Positions 9,311-10,319 of a stretch of DNA of 10,319 bases are shown one piece after another (within the stretch, counting starts at the first letter, position 1; each line of letters opens with the position of its first letter). The notes beneath the pieces are model-generated. The model ran no database searches. It had not been told where the DNA came from and was given only the letters and a program-made list of their open reading frames with translations. The stretch is from Eledone cirrhosa (Eukaryota): NCBI GenBank assembly GCA_964016885.1, contig CAXHJY010000952.1:1-10319 (forward strand). The letters run 5' to 3'. The translations under genes and the position numbers were made by a program.

Positions 9311-9763
9311 TTTAACTAAATTAAATTAAATTAAATTAAATTAAATTAATAGACATTGGGGTTCTCACCAAAGTTTTTCAGTTTTTTCAAAGAGATTTAA
9401 AAGGAAAAAAAATTAACAGGACATCTTAGATGTATCTCCCATTCAGGATTGAACCTGTGTCCAGGACTGAACCTACAGCCTGGGATTGAAACCCCAGACC
9501 AGGATCTCACCATCTCTGGTACTTCCCACTCAGCCACCGAGACTGCTATAAAGATCTACTGAAAATCAATATTAATAAACCTACTTTCAAAATAAAATTA
9601 ATAAAATTAATTTAATTAAAAATAAAATAAAATAAATAGACATTTGGGGTTCTCACGAAATTTTTTCATGTTTTTTTTTTCAAAGAGATGTAAAAGTAAA
9701 ATTGAAAAAGATTAATAGGACACCTTAGATGTATCTCCTAGCAAGGATTGAACCTGAGTCCAG
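9311..9763. repeat. Diverged direct duplication (~290-300 bp period), each copy preceded by a (TTAAA/TAAAA)n run
   Basis: AATAGACATT..GGGGTTCTCAC..TTCAAAGAGAT..GGACA.CTTAGATGTATCTCC..AGGATTGAACCTG.GTCCAG at ~9348-9464 and ~9635-9763. Confidence 0.88.
9421..9545 (-). mobile_element. tRNA-derived SINE-like head (Pol III A and B boxes)
   Basis: Minus strand: A-box TGGCTGAGTGG (9526-9536), then B-box-like GGTTTCAATCCC (9482-9493), GGTTCAGTCC (9464-9473) and GGTTCAATCC (9446-9455). Confidence 0.55.
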
Positions 9764-9776
9764 TATTAAACCCCTG

Positions 9777-9817
9777 CGTTGTGTCCTTGGGCAAGACACT
9801 TTATTTCACGTTGCTCC
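9777..9817 (+). mobile_element. SINE central-domain fragment
   Basis: GCGTTGTGTCCTTGGGCAAGACACTTTATTTCACGTTGCTCC resembles the GTGTCCTTG[G/A]GCAAG.CACTT motif that follows the tRNA head in many metazoan SINEs (recalled, not searched). Confidence 0.6.
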
Positions 9818-10085
9818 TTCTACCTGGAGTTGCGACCGACAGATAGTATTAGCAACTGGAAAGACCAATGGAAACATTGTTTCCTCGGTCCTATTGTTCA
9901 AAAGTCGATCAACTGTGGATGTCTGTGTGGTTTCATATAGAAATGACTTCTACAGGGCTAGAACTGTTCAGATCTAGCTGTAGAAACGGCCGGAGCTCAG
10001 CCGTCGGGGTCCTTACTCTTTTCCTATTACCAACGCAACTACCCTAAGTATAGAGTGCTCTGGTGCGTTATGGTCCGCCTGGTAT

Positions 10086-10088
<3 letters not shown>

Positions 10089-10142
<54 letters not shown>

Positions 10143-10295
10143 AGCATGTATGTATGTATACGTACATACATATATGTATACAGACGTACAGTAGTATGTA
10201 TATATACACATACATGCACGTCTATATATATACATGCACGTATATATATACATACATACTACTGTACGTCTGTATACATACATACATGCTTGCAT
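10089..10295. repeat. (TA)n followed by an imperfect inverted repeat (10138-10295)
   Basis: 10138-10161 pairs with 10272-10295; 10173-10201 pairs with 10252-10280. Confidence 0.85.
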
Positions 10296-10319
10296 TTAAG
10301 TAAGTGCCGTACTAAGAGT

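Larger units (their letters stand above)
8997..10013. repeat. Composite repeat bounded by a 21-bp inverted motif and a 27-bp exact direct repeat
   Basis: 8997-9017 matches the reverse complement of 9961-9981 at 19/21; CGGCCGGAGCTCAGCCGTCGGGGTCCT is identical at 9022-9048 and 9987-10013. Confidence 0.8.

Noticed and set aside
9446-9545. Functional tRNA gene
   Set aside because: A and B boxes are present but no consistent cloverleaf could be folded.
9729-10303. ORFs 9729-9977, 10055-10303 and 10068-10295
   Set aside because: They cross SINE/duplication junctions or microsatellites; no homology recognised.

Overview
Very AT-rich, microsatellite-dense eukaryotic DNA with no recognisable protein-coding gene; almost all supplied ORFs are translations of (TA)n, (CA)n or trinucleotide repeats. 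The SINE motifs and repeat landscape resemble an octopod/cephalopod genome (inference). The main signal is a family of (TA)n-embedded elements carrying type I hammerhead ribozymes: four copies (2631-2685 -, 5983-6038 -, 8423-8477 -, 8727-8781 +) with an intact CUGAnGA/GAAA core, a covarying stem II and a palindromic AUAUAUAU stem III. This matches the minimal, dimer-forming hammerheads in the pseudo-LTRs of Penelope-like retroelements. Two copies form a 461-bp near-perfect fold-back (221-bp arms, 1 mismatch, 8372-8832) with a stuttered junction and a one-sided structured ~95-nt tail. Also present are SINE fragments, a LINE-like 3' end within (TATC)n, several local duplications and palindromes, and a composite repeat with paired inverted and direct terminal motifs (8995-10013).
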